From Eledone cirrhosa (lineage: Eukaryota): DNA of 64,000 bases. This document shows, piece by piece, positions 1 to 12,547 of this stretch (position 1 is its first letter; every line of letters starts with the position of its first letter). Position numbers and translations under genes: made by a program. The notes beneath the pieces were generated by a model, which saw only the letters and a program-made list of their open reading frames with translations, was not told the DNA's origin and did no database searches. The stretch is from assembly GCA_964016885.1 (NCBI GenBank), contig OZ024741.1:210118001-210182000 (forward strand), written 5' to 3'.

Positions 1-3000
1 CGTACTGCTGGATAAACGTCTGACTCTCGACGTACAGATTGTTCACTCGGACGCGGGGGGTCGATTACTGGTGCTGGACGTCGGAGGTGGTGAAGGCGGG
101 GCTTTCAGACTGGTCGGTCTTTATGCTCCCTTCGGGGCGGAGAGAGCCGACTTCTTCCAACGTCTGGAGACTTTTCTAGGAACGTCGCGTTCCCTGCTTT
201 TAGTGGGGGACTGGAATGGAATCCTAGATGCGCGTTGGGACTATGCAGGGGCATGTCCCGATAGAGGGGGGTGTAGCAGCCTCAAGGGGTTACTTGATCG
301 ATTCGACCTGGTCGATAGATTTCGACTAGATTGTCCAACTGCGCCAACCTGGACCTGGGCAAACCGCAGTGGACAATCTAGATCGTACCTAGATAGGTTT
401 TTGGTTAGGAGTAAGGATAGGGACGTATTTAGTTGTCCAGAACTGATCATGGTTGGCTATTCAGATCACAAATTAGTGACCTGCGTGGTCAACCTTGATA
501 GAACGCATAGACAGGGTCCCGGTTACTGGAAGATGAACTTGTCCTTACCGACAAAGAAAGATTACAGAAACCGGATTAGTAGCTTAGTTAAGATGCGGTT
601 GACGGGAGCGATCGTCAACAGTAGGTGGTGGATATCTCTAAAGAGAGAGATTAGAGTAAGTTCGATAGGTTACAGTAAGGAACTAGCGGCGAATAGAAAT
701 AGGAGGGAAAGGGAGTTAACAGATAAACTAGAAGAGGCGATTAGGAGCGGAGACGTAGCCAGAGTGTTAGCGACGAGAACGGCATTGAGCCAGTTCTTTG
801 ACGCGAAGCACGAAGGCTGCGTTGTCCGAAGTAAAATACGTGCTTTAGGAAACGAGGGGACCAAAGCTGTTAGCTGGGCCCGCGTGACAGAAGCCAAGAG
901 TGGGATTAAATCCACCATTCGGTCTTTGCGAGACCAGGATGGACGGGTGATCCTTGAACCTGAGCGAATGTGCGAGACCTTTCAAAGGCACTTTGCTCGA
1001 CTGTTCGGAGGTGGCGGGGGGCCGGACGGGGATGTGGACTTCGGTCCATACCTCGACGGTCTACCGCGTCTTTCGAGCGGCGAAGCGGAGTGCTGCGAAG
1101 GGCCAATCACAGCCACAGAAATCGGGGAAGCGCTCAGCCAATGCAGCAGACGCAAATCCCCGGGTCTCGATGGTCTACCATACGAACTTTATTTAGCTAT
1201 GCCGGTCTTGTTCTCCGAACTCATCGAGGCTGTCTATTGCAACTGGCAACAGAACGGGAGAATTCCCTGTTCTGTGACCAAGGGCGTGGTCACGCTAGTG
1301 AGGAAGGACGAGAGCAAGGGGGACGACTTAAGTAACTTTAGGCCCATAACTCTGCTGAATGCAGAGTTACAGATTTTGGCCAAGGTGTTGGCGAAGAGGT
1401 TGGCGCTTGTGGTGGGTGGTTTGGTGGGAGACGCGCAGACATGCGCTATCCCGTCCAGGTCCATTCACGACAACCTCCACCTCATGCGATACATCATAGA
1501 GAGGGTTGGCTACGAACCCGGCTTTGGTGGGGCCCTGATCAACTTGGATCAATCTAAGGCGTTCGATAGGGTCGACCATGGTTACCTGGATGCGGTGCTA
1601 GCGGCGGCGGGCTTCGGACCCGTTTTCAGGGGCTGGATTTCTGCCATGCACAGTGGCAACATCTACTCTAGGATTAAAGTAAACGGCTACCTCTCGGAGC
1701 CGTTTCAAATCACCCGATCCATCAGACAGGGGTGCCCCCTCTCCTCCCTTCTGTACGTATTGACTCTCGAGCCACTGCTGCGGAAGTTGGAGTTGCTGCG
1801 GGGCATACCCCTGGAACCGGGATTGCACAAAGCGGTCTCGGCCTACGCCGACGACGTAACAGTAATGGTGGCGGACGCCTCGGAAATCGGGGCGATCGCC
1901 ACCCTACTGGAGGAATACGAAAGGCTGACGGGGGCTAAGCTGAACCAGGACAAGTCAGTCGGTTTGCAACTCGGAACGTGGAGGGGCAAACCGATGCCGT
2001 TAGACGGTGTCGTCGGGCGGTGGACGGAGGGCCCGGTGAAGCTGCTCGCGGTCTGGTTCGGACCGGACCTCCAGGTGGAGAAGAATTGGGGCGAGGTGAC
2101 GAGCAGGGTGTTTGCGCTGACCCAGAAGTGGGCCAAGTGCAAACTATCACTGAAAGGTCGGGCGGAGGTGACGAACGCTTACATAGCGTCCGTCATCTAC
2201 TACCGCCTGACCGTCGTGCCTTGCCCCAAGGAAAAGCTCACCATCATGGAACGCATGCTCTTCCAGTTCCTCTGGAAGAAGCGGCCTCCCATGGTGAGGA
2301 GATCCATCTGCTGCCAGCACCCTTCGAAAGGAGGGCTGGGTATGCCGTGGCTGTTGATGCGTAGGCACGCATTGAGGCTACGGCATCTACAGGTATTCCT
2401 CAACGGTCAGCCGGTGTGGGCCCCGTTTGTGAGGCGAGCCTTCCCACAGCTCGTCTCGCTCACCGAACTGCAATCCTGGGTGAAGCAAAGACCGAGAAAA
2501 CTGGGCAACTGGCACACTGAGTGTGCCCAGGCGCTCACGGCTATCTGGCAAGCGGACCCGACTGTCAGTGGAGAATCCACCTCGACATTCTATAGAGGGT
2601 TGGTGGCTAGCAGGAGCGACGACACCCTTGGAGAGTCGCTAGGCATGGAGGAGGACGAACTGGCCAGCCTGTTCGGTAGAACTTTCGGCCCGGGACCCAT
2701 GGACAACTTCCAGAGGTCCCTAGCCTGGCAGTGTTACCGGGGGGCTCTGCCCGTTCGAGAAAAGCTCTACAGACACGGGCGCCCGGGCAGGGATCCCGCG
2801 AAAAAGATCTGTCCCAGATGCGTGCGCGACGAGGAAACCGTTGCGCATGCACTGGTACACTGCCCGGGCGTTGCCGATCTGTGGGGCTACGTCGAACGAC
2901 TGCTGTCGCGTGTGGCGCCGATTCGATTAACCGCCGAGTCTGTGGTGAACATCAAGCCGCCTCCTCCCTTCAGAAATGAAGCAGAGGCGGTCTTTCTGTG

Positions 3001-3457
3001 CGTAATAGCCATGATGAAAGAGGTTGTGTGGTGGACGCGCCTGAAAGGTCTGAGGTCGGGTGACTTTCTCTCCGGCCATCACCTGGTTTACTTCTTCCGA
3101 TACCACTTCGGAAGAAGAATCAGGATGGAGAGAGAAGTGCTTGGTCCCAGACAGTTTTATGAAAGGTGGGTGAAAGAAGCGAGAATGGCCCGTGTAAATG
3201 GGCCTTCTCTCTACATTGTTCTGTAGGTGAAGAAGTGAAGAGGAAAGGGGGAGCGCCTCCTCTCTTGGCTTCCCCCGCGAAAAGAGTTGCACACTTTTCG
3301 GGGGTATGTGCAATCCCCAACACGCCCCCTCCCTTTTGAGGACTTTTTATTGTTATATTATTATTGTTATTCCTTTTTTCTTTACTCGATTTATGTAAAC
3401 TCCCCCACTGTGTAAATGTCCCCTTCTTTTGTGCCCTCGTGGCAAATAAATAGAAAT
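1..3457 (+). mobile_element. Tx1-clade non-LTR retrotransposon, family A copy 1 (5' part outside window)
   Basis: Carries APE-RT-CCHC ORF2. 3'UTR ends with AATAAA (3445-3450) followed by TATCTATC. Near-identical to the copies at 13213 and 17979. Confidence 0.93.
2..3226 (+). CDS. LINE ORF2 (APE endonuclease, reverse transcriptase, C-terminal CCHC zinc finger); uninterrupted, 5'-partial
   Basis: Frame open from position 2. APE motifs GDWN, SYLDRF, SDHK. RT motifs KSPGLDG, NFRPITLLN, DQSKAFDRV, RQGCPLS, YADD. C-terminal CPRC..ETVAHALVHC. Confidence 0.93.
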   Translation, partial: VLLDKRLTLDVQIVHSDAGGRLLVLDVGGGEGGAFRLVGLYAPFGAERADFFQRLETFLGTSRSLLLVGDWNGILDARWDYAGACPDRGGCSSLKGLLDRFDLVDRFRLDCPTAPTWTWANRSGQSRSYLDRFLVRSKDRDVFSCPELIMVGYSDHKLVTCVVNLDRTHRQGPGYWKMNLSLPTKKDYRNRISSLVKMRLTGAIVNSRWWISLKREIRVSSIGYSKELAANRNRRERELTDKLEEAIRSGDVARVLATRTALSQFFDAKHEGCVVRSKIRALGNEGTKAVSWARVTEAKSGIKSTIRSLRDQDGRVILEPERMCETFQRHFARLFGGGGGPDGDVDFGPYLDGLPRLSSGEAECCEGPITATEIGEALSQCSRRKSPGLDGLPYELYLAMPVLFSELIEAVYCNWQQNGRIPCSVTKGVVTLVRKDESKGDDLSNFRPITLLNAELQILAKVLAKRLALVVGGLVGDAQTCAIPSRSIHDNLHLMRYIIERVGYEPGFGGALINLDQSKAFDRVDHGYLDAVLAAAGFGPVFRGWISAMHSGNIYSRIKVNGYLSEPFQITRSIRQGCPLSSLLYVLTLEPLLRKLELLRGIPLEPGLHKAVSAYADDVTVMVADASEIGAIATLLEEYERLTGAKLNQDKSVGLQLGTWRGKPMPLDGVVGRWTEGPVKLLAVWFGPDLQVEKNWGEVTSRVFALTQKWAKCKLSLKGRAEVTNAYIASVIYYRLTVVPCPKEKLTIMERMLFQFLWKKRPPMVRRSICCQHPSKGGLGMPWLLMRRHALRLRHLQVFLNGQPVWAPFVRRAFPQLVSLTELQSWVKQRPRKLGNWHTECAQALTAIWQADPTVSGESTSTFYRGLVASRSDDTLGESLGMEEDELASLFGRTFGPGPMDNFQRSLAWQCYRGALPVREKLYRHGRPGRDPAKKICPRCVRDEETVAHALVHCPGVADLWGYVERLLSRVAPIRLTAESVVNIKPPPPFRNEAEAVFLCVIAMMKEVVWWTRLKGLRSGDFLSGHHLVYFFRYHFGRRIRMEREVLGPRQFYERWVKEARMARVNGPSLYIVL

Positions 3458-3538
3458 TTATCTATCCGTTTGTCTTTCTGTCTTTGTCTCTCTCTCTATA
3501 TATAATTATATAAAATTTAATTTCACATTTTATTAAAG

Positions 3539-3696
<158 letters not shown>

Positions 3697-3858
3697 GTAC
3701 ATAACTACTTGTTCACGTGACAGTCATAATTTCATTTATAACCAATCAAATTACATTTATTAAAAAAATGCCTTCGTGAGCCACCTTTGCAGAATTAGTG
3801 GCGGCATCTCATAGGAAGTATCTGTTGTGTTTTAATGATGATGATACCAATCATGAAA

Positions 3859-3968
3859 AGCAAGATGAAATGAAGCATGGTGTTTAAGAACAGAATACGT
3901 TTCTCGGTTCAAGAATCGATCTCATAGCCTTATGATCGAACAAAAACACTAACCACTTGGCCACGCCC
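3859..3968 (-). mobile_element. Degenerate tRNA-derived SINE
   Basis: Minus strand reads GGGCGTGGCCAAGTGGTTAG (A box) ... GAGATCGATTC (B-box-like), then a CORE-like segment. Confidence 0.55.
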
Positions 3969-4371
3969 ACTTCGTACTCAGATAAATACGTTATATCAAT
4001 TTACATAAACCGGAATAAATGAAATAACAGACAACCAATAATATTCGCCTGTAGGAGAATAATGTGGAAAATTTAATTATTTCTCATGAGAGTTAGGATG
4101 CGAGGAATTATAGATATATTTTGTTTCTAACTAACTTACGTTTGTTTTGCCATCGTTTGTGTCGAATGCAAGCTTAGCCCAAAGGGAAATAACCGTCATT
4201 ATTCTATCCATCATAGAATAAGAAAAAGATTATTATATTCTGCTACAAAGTGTACTTCCATATATTCATAAACCATTGACCTGGAAGGAGAAGGAACAGA
4301 ATAGTTTGGGCATATAATAAACCTGTTAGCGTGTGTGTGTATATATATATATATGCGTATGTGTGTGTCTG

Positions 4372-4417
<46 letters not shown>

Positions 4418-4432
4418 GCGTGTGTGCGTGTG

Positions 4433-4472
<40 letters not shown>

Positions 4473-4485
4473 GCGCGCGTGTGTG

Positions 4486-4533
<48 letters not shown>

Positions 4534-4539
<6 letters not shown>

Positions 4540-4852
4540 AACTACTGAGCCGCAGGTTTTATATCGGAGTTATCCCAGTTTCCTGAGTTGGCTTCTCCTA
4601 GAAGAGTGCCCTGACAAAGGCTAGGGGTCCTTCACTCCCAGTGGTTTAACCGCGCGGTACACGTGTTGATCTTTTCTTCTTTTCGGGTTATAGCTACTGT
4701 CGCTCAGAGAGTGGGATTGGCTCAGTGCACAGTATTTCCTCACCTTAAAACATATCTTCACGCACAGGCATTGTACGATAGAATTAATTAATAATTATTG
4801 ATAATGGTATATCGTGCAATGGCCATACTCGATAACGAGGGGGCAGCCATCA
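4534..4852 (+). mobile_element. Bipartite non-autonomous RTE derivative (5'UTR + 3' tail) with inverted 5' segment
   Basis: 4664-~4800 matches the RTE 5'UTR at 63292-63160. 4811-4852 matches the RTE 3' tail at 59249-59209. 4534-4656 matches 63295-63417 in inverted orientation relative to the rest. Flanked by (TA)n. Confidence 0.85.
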
Positions 4853-5693
4853 TATATATATATATATAATTAATTGAATTCTTAACACGTGGAATAGATA
4901 ATAGTTTTAAATAACTAATTAACCCGCGTGTATTAAATATTTTACTCTTAATTGGCCAGAGATTTACATTCCCAATTGCCTTTAAAGCGTAACCTTCAGT
5001 ATATGCTGCGGTGATGTGGTGTGGTTTGTTATTTTGGTATCACCTCTATTTTTAGCCTAAGAAGATATCTATATGAGTGTGTAATTAATACACGCTTACA
5101 TTTATTTTTTTAATTTCAATTGAGTTCTTAACACGTTGGATTGATAATGTTTTTGAAAAAACTAATTAACCCGAGTGTATATTATTTTTTTCTTTTCTCG
5201 AGTCGTGGTTGTCTCCCTTTCCCGCTTCGTGACGCTATGAAACTTCCTCAGTCAAAAGACTGCTGGAATTTCAAATTTGGCGGTCATACGATGCGTGAAG
5301 GAGCAGCTTAGCGGACACGATTTTTAACTACGGTAAGAATTTTTTCTTATTTCAAAGTTTAATGGGCTTCCACTGAAGATTTATAAGTGCCCACCTAAAT
5401 ATATTCTTACATGAATATATGTTAGGCTTCTACATAAACTGTAAACATTCTCCCAACTTGTAGAAAACTTATAATGAAACAATTGTTTGGAAAGAGAGAT
5501 ATATTTTAACTTTAATTATATCTCATAAAATAATACAACTGGCTTTCCACAAAATACATATAGTTAGCACCCCAAACACTTAAATTGGGTTATACTAACA
5601 TATAACCTAATGTTTGTTGAGTGAGATGGTTACCAGTCGGAGTTTAGCGTTAAGCTATCTCTGTTATTGTATTAAATATATATATATATATAT

Positions 5694-6414
5694 ATAAAAA
5701 CAAATAACGAAACGAAATTAAATTTCGTTTCGTTTGTAACTCACTTTTGTATGACTGACGCTTAAACAATTAAGTTAAAAATGTACATCTACATATGCAT
5801 ACTGAAATACTAGTGTGTATATGAATACACACATGTATACATATGTAGGTGTACCAAGTCTTTCACTGGTCGCTTTGCAGTGAGCGGCCAGCTATTCTGT
5901 ATGTAAACACACAGACAAACCGGTTTTTAGAGTCATACTGGTTTTTCGGGGGAACACCTTCCCCCTATTCTCCAGAAAGCCAGACAAGGAATATTGAACT
6001 AGTTTCGTTGTTGTTACAACTCAGCAGCAATATTTACCTATCTACCGGCCTTTCTGGAGAATTGTAAAAGCACATATCGTTATATGCTTTTTCTATGAAA
6101 ATTAGTAGTGGGCAGACTAATTTACATAGAGTGTGAGTACACACCGGTTCAGCGGAGACGATAAAAACAAATAACGAAACGAAATTAAATTTCGTTTCGT
6201 TTGTCTGGCTTTCTGGAGAATAGGGGGAAGGTGTTCCCCCGAAAAACCAGTATGACTCTAAAAACCGGTTTGTCTGTGTGTTTACATACAGAATAGCTGG
6301 CCGCTCACTGCAAAGCGACCAGTGAAAGACTTGGTACACCTACATATGTATACATGTGTGTATTCATATACACACTAGTATTTCAGTATGCATATGTAGA
6401 TGTACATTTTTAAC

Positions 6415-6420
<6 letters not shown>
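5694..6420. mobile_element. Non-coding PLE pseudo-LTR / retrozyme-like element with a 220-bp perfect inverted repeat (5768-5987 / 6201-6420)
   Basis: Arms are reverse complements. 44-bp direct repeat at 5694-5737 and 6161-6204. Hammerhead motif in the spacer. (TA)n on both sides. Confidence 0.7.
5990..6034 (-). ncRNA. Minimal type I hammerhead ribozyme motif (variant core CUGCUGA)
   Basis: AATATTG-CTGCTGA-GTTGT[AACA]ACAAC-GAAAC TA GTT-CAATATT. Stems I and II pair fully; stem III is palindromic. Confidence 0.65.
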
Positions 6421-6483
<63 letters not shown>

Positions 6484-6494
6484 TATATGTATGA

Positions 6495-6552
<58 letters not shown>

Positions 6553-7019
6553 CAAGATGTCTATCTGTCTGTCTAGCCGCATGCATTTCTACATTTTACA
6601 ACTGATTTGCGCACCACATTTCAGACATAGGTTTCTGAAGTTTTATTACGCGTCGTAGGTTATTTTATTTTTACGTGTATCGATTGTGGGGCCCCCCAGG
6701 TGCAGATAACCCCCTTAAGCCTCTCGCTTGGTGTCAGCAGTACGACTGCATAAAGGCCCCATAATTCCTGCAGTTTGCCTGCCATCTTCACCAAAATTAA
6801 TCTTTTGTTTGCCTATGGCCTACAAATAAATTTGCAGGCATGCACTTGCACAGAAATTCAGGTAGGGGACCCGTTGGTGGGACAGTAAACCGACTTGATG
6901 AATGTTGAAGTCGATATCATCAATACAACAAAACGTGAGTTGGTGTTTGGTTTTCACGAAGCCAGACGTATTGTTTACCCATGGCTTATAAAGGAAGGTG
7001 AACACATGAACTTTTACTT

Positions 7020-7720
7020 GAACTTATCAAGGGGACCCCGGGGGGGGGGGGGAGGCAGTAAGCCCCTTCGACTTATCTATTGAAGTTCACATTAACACTG
7101 TATTAGTACCTGATAACTTTTGAAGTTTACGTTCGATTTTTACCGGACACATTGGTTACTCATTGCCTAAAGATGATGTTGAAGACACTGTTTATACCCG
7201 GAACAATCAAGGGGCAGTAAGCCCCGGCGAATCATTTATTGAATTAGGCTATTGTAATGCAGCAAAGCGTCAAAGCTTCGATAATTGGTAGTCTAATAAA
7301 ATGAATTTCGACTTAGTTGTTATTCATGTACTACAGATGAAGATACAGTGAGGCACATTTACTTTCATTTCAATTCAGCAAGAGGACCCCCTCGGGGACA
7401 ATGAGCCCAATTCATTAATCTATAAAAGTTCAAACTGCCACAATAAAAAGCACCATAACCTCGGGAGTTTATACTTGATTCTTACAAAAACTAAACGAAA
7501 TGTTTATTGCCTGCCATAAGATAAAGCACCACACATTCGTTGTCACTTGAATTTTGCAAGGGAACCCCCTAGGGAGGGCAGTGATCCCCTTTGGATCACT
7601 TTTAAAGTTCATATTATGGTCGCAGCAAAGCATTTCAACTTCTGGAAATAAAAGTCAATTTAAACGAAAGCTGACGTATCGGTTACTCATGTCCTACAAA
7701 TGGAGTAGCGAATTTTTAAA
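7020..7720 (+). repeat. Degenerate ~177-bp tandem repeat (~4 units) in the Helitron 5' region
   Basis: Recurrent CAAG(G/A)G..CCCC..GGG(G)CA(G)T(A/G)A.CCC at ~7028, 7208, 7379, 7557. Confidence 0.6.
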
Positions 7721-8533
7721 TCCCCCTGACTTAACTTTAGTTTGTTTAGTTAACTTTAGGATGATTGAATATAATTTTGCACCCGATTGTCTCCCCCGTG
7801 TAATTGCACCACAATTAAGTGCGGAATGGGGACATCTGGCCAACCACACATCAGTGAGTTGTGTTCAGTAGATTTCATCACACTTATTTGTATTATCTAA
7901 CCAATCAGACAACTCCAGTGTTGTTCATTGAGCGAAATCACTCCTATTTATATCGGTCAAGTCCGACCTAGGATCACACTTCTTTTTTGGCTTTTGACAA
8001 GTGGTAGGTTTTTTTTTACATGCGTACTCTCATAAGCTACCCTATGTTTCTGAAACGCATGCTTCTTTAACATTTGTCACCTTAAAGGAGGTTTAGTTAA
8101 TGTGTTTATGGTCATAAGGTTCCAGTTTATCATGCTGTGATTTTTCGGCCATTTTTGCCTGTATCCTTTCAATGGTTAGTACTTACTTATTGCTATGTTC
8201 GAACTGAACAAACATACTGACACTTATATAGCTACCACTGTAGCCACACTATTTAATTTCCTTTATCACGCTGCGTTAGCCCTAACTTAAAACCTAAATT
8301 TTGACTGGTACACAAAATATTACAAAACATACCCACTTTCTCAGACCACATAGATTTATCACATTTTTTCACAATTTATATCCGTGCTTAGATTTGCTTA
8401 CTTAAACGTTATTTGTCCACTATTTATCGTTCTCTCTGGTTAATTTTCTAAAAACAATGCCCCCAAGAAAAGAACTTTCATTGGTCGATTATTTAATGAT
8501 GCAAGCGAAGGTTGCATAATAAAACTTCAAGAA

Positions 8534-11500
8534 ATGTTTCATGACAAAAACAGCTATGTTCGCAGTTTCAAGTACGCTTTGGAAACAGCCACCGACCCAA
8601 TCTTTAGTGTGGTCATACATGCTGACCGAAGGCCAACTGGAGAACACGCTGGTCGGTTCAACGCACCAATATGTAATGAGATTGCTGCGGTTATTTGTGG
8701 TGAACAGCACAAGAGAGATATTATTCTAAAGTACCGAAACAGCACATTACAGCGTATCAATGAGACACACAGGTCCTACGATTCATTCCAGTATCCATTG
8801 CTATTTGTCAACGGCGAGGACGGATACCATATCGGCATTCCTCAACATTCAGCTGGCAATGGTGAGGCACATCTTAGCAAAACTGTCACCTGTATGGATT
8901 TCTACGCTTTCCGATTTATGGTAAGGGACAATTCATTGAACCATCTACGCCGTTCTCGGGACCTTTTCCAACAATTTGCTGTTGATATGGCCGTCAAAAT
9001 GGAGTCCGAGAGATTATGGTTCATTAAATTAAATCAAAAGAAACTTCGATCTGAATGCTACATTCATCTACGCGTTGGGATTAACAACGACGTATCCCCA
9101 GAAAATTTAGGGCGAGTGTGTATTTTGGATTCAACGTTCACAGGGGGACCCCAATACATGCACGAGAGGACTCAGGACACCACGTCTTACGTACGACATT
9201 ATTGGCGCCCCGCCCTTTTCATAAAGGTTTACATGCAATCACAAGTGGAAGGAGATTACAAACGAACTGTTTAACGGTCAAGCGCCAAGACACAGGCACG
9301 ATCTCATAGCAAGAGTGTTTCGCCCGAAATTATCCAAATTAATGGATTTATTAAAGAAAGGACAGGTTTTGGGGCCTGTCAGGTGCGACATGTATACGGT
9401 TGAATGGCAGAAACGAGGGCGGCCGCATGCCCATATCTTGATTTGGTTGGTTACAAAAATCAGTTCAAACTACATCGACAAATCCATTTCTGCCGAACTA
9501 CCTGATCTGTCGATTGACAAGGACCTCTTCTCTATAGTCACATCAAACATGGTCCATGTCCTTGCGGACATGGACTCAATATGAAGTCCCCGTGCATATA
9601 CGACGGAAGGTGTACAAAACGATATCCCAGGCCGTTTTTACAGGAAACACAGACTGGCGGTGACGGATATTCGTTGTATAGACGCAGGAGACCTGAAGAC
9701 GGTGGGTTCACAGCAAAAGTTACGAACGCGAAATCGACAACAGTTGGATAGTGACATATTGCCCCCTCTTGAAAGCGTTCAACGCCCATATAAACGTCGA
9801 ATTTTGCATCTCAGTAAAATCAATTTAATACGTTTGTATGTATGTAAACAAGGGATCGGATGCTGCCGTCTTTGGTCTTCGTCATGAAAGCAGTAGAGAC
9901 GAGGTATCTGACTACCAAGTAGGCCGATATATTAGCAGCAATGAAGCCTTTTGGCACATTTTTGGCTTCCCACTGCACCAACGACACCCCGTCATTAAAC
10001 AACTTGCCCTTCACCCTGAAAACGGTCAATGGGTGTATTTCAACGATGCAAAAGCTGCTCAGCTAGCGATCTCACCAAAGGAAACTACACTCACCACTTT
10101 TTTCAAACTTTGTCAACACGACGACTTCGCTTGAACTCTGCTGTATTCTGAAATACTGTCTTTCTATACATGGACCCGGACAAAATGGTTACGAAGGAAG
10201 GTAGGGCAAGAGGTGGTTGGACATCCAGGCATCAAATTCGACAATTGCCTTAGGCGAGTTTATACAGTCCACCCTACCCAACCGAATGCTTCTACCTGCG
10301 ACTTCTGCTTCATGAGGTAAGAGGGCCGACTAGCTTCACTCATCTGAGAACCGTCGATGGATACGCCTGCGGAACGTACAGGGAAGCCTGCTTGAGGCGT
10401 GGACTTTTAGAAGATGACGTACAATGGGATGCAACCTTGACGGAAGCTACCATCTCACAATCATCCCGTAGCCTAAGAGCACTTTTTGCTATCCTCTTGC
10501 ACGTCTGTGAATTGAGCGATCCTTACTCTTTATGGAAACAGTTTAAAGATGATTTCGCAGACGAATATAGGCGTCTCGCTCAATTGTAATCTCCAAACTT
10601 AGATGTCGGCTTTTCAGACGCTATATATAACAGAGCTCTGATCGATATAGAAGACAGAGTGGCTTCAATGGGCGGAGATGTCTTGGAGAAATATGGGCTT
10701 CCGCAAACACTTCGAGATGCGCCATCTGACATTCCCAACGACATTATACGTGAAACGTCATATGATGTCGACGAACTCAAAAGGTATGTTGAAGAAAATG
10801 AACCAAAACTTCTAATGGATCAAAAACAAGCCTACAACATTGTCGTTGATTCCATCCGTAATCGGGGAGGGGGTATAGTCTTCATAGACGCACCTGGAGG
10901 CACGGGAAAAACATTTGGAATCAAACTTTTACTCGCTGCAGTGAGGCAACACGGAAACATCGCATTGGCCGTGGCTTCTTCCGGCATTGCAGCAACTTTG
11001 CTGTCTGGTGGCAGGACGGCCAATTCTGCCTTCAGTCTTCCTCTCAACGTGACATCATCTGAGACACCCACGTGCAACATCAGCAAGTCTTCCGGAAAAG
11101 CACTGGTGTTAAAGCGCTGCCTACTAATTGTTTGGGACGAATGCACAATGGCCCACAGGCGGCTTTCGAGGCATTAGAAACATCAGGGACTGTCAAGAAC
11201 CAATGGGAGGTGTCAATTTCCTGTTATCTGGGGACTTCCGACAGACTCTGCCTCTAATCCCAAAAGGTACGCGGGCTGATGAGGTTGGTGCGTGTCTTAA
11301 GGCCTCCCCACTTTGGCGTTATGTAAGAAAGCTGACGCTTACAACAAACATGAGAGCACAACTGCAAGGTGATGAGACATCAGCGGGTTTTGCTGCTGCC
11401 ATTTTGTCGTTGGGAGATGGCAAAGTCGCACTCGACGGAGATGGTGCAGCGGACCTCACAGGGATTTGTAGATGCGTTAAGTCAATTGCTGAGTTACAGA

Positions 11501-12159
11501 CGTCTGTTTTTCCTAATCTTGAGGAGAACTACACAAATCAAGAGAGGTTGTGTGAACGCGCAATATTGGCTTCGAAAAACAACATAGTTGGAAGCATCAA
11601 TGAACAGCTCATGCTGTGCTTGCCTGGAAACCTGCACGTCTACAAGTCCCTTGACTCTATGGCTGATCCGGACGAAATTGTTAATTACCCCACATAATTT
11701 CTTAACTCCCTAGACCTTTCCGGATTGCCACCACACTTACTGCGACTTAAGAAAGGTGCCCCTGTCATGCCCCTCAGGAATTTGGAACCCCGAAGGCTTT
11801 CCAACGGCACGCGTCTGGTCGTCCAAAAGGCGATGCCTGATGTTATTGAGGAAACACTACTTACAGGATGTGGTAAGGGGGATACTGTCTTCATACCAAG
11901 GATACCTCTCATTCCATCCGGTAAAGACATTCCTTTCACATTCAGAAGGCTGCAATTCCCTCTCCGGCTCAGTTTCGCCATGTCGATTAACAAATCCCAG
12001 GGTCAGACGCTGACGGTTGTAGGGCTTAATCTAGAAGAGCTGTGCTTCTCCCATGGTAAACTATATGTTGGCTGCACTCGAGTGGGGAGCCAACATAACC
12101 TATTTGCTTTTGCAACTCGTGTGAAAACCCAAAATATAGTCTATAAGGAATTTTTGTAG
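8534..12159 (+). pseudogene. Helitron RepHel (HUH Rep + Pif1-family SF1 helicase), frameshifted
   Basis: HUH motif VEWQKRGRPHAHILIW and YVCMYVNKG. Helicase motifs DAPGGTGKT, WDECTM, GDFRQTLP, QFPLRLSFAMSINKSQGQT. Split over several frames with stops. Confidence 0.93.
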
Positions 12160-12547
12160 GCACCCTATCCGCCAACGAGTAATCACTGTTTTTTTTTTTG
12201 TATAAGTGCTTACATTTGCTGTATCCGTGAACCATTTTGTGCTTTTGACAATACCACGTACGCCTCTGAGGTTGCTTTTGCTATACGTTACAAATGTTCA
12301 ATGTCTCCGTTTTCCGCATTTATATGTTGCTATTACGTTTTGCTATCGATGTTCCGTAGTTTTAACCTAATTAACATACTTTTCCCTACATCTTATTTAC
12401 ACATTTTTTTGATATCCCAGCGTGATCTTGCCAAGGCCCTTTTTGTGGCCACCGACTGTTACATGCTTTTCTAGGTTACAATCTCAAATAACAAGCAAAG
12501 CAAATACGACACACCAAAGTGGTGTCAAGGACTTTGCTGAGAGCTCT

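Noticed and set aside
241-3323. Short antisense and alternate-frame ORFs within LINE copies
   Set aside because: By-products of GC-rich coding sequence, repeated only because the copies are near-identical.
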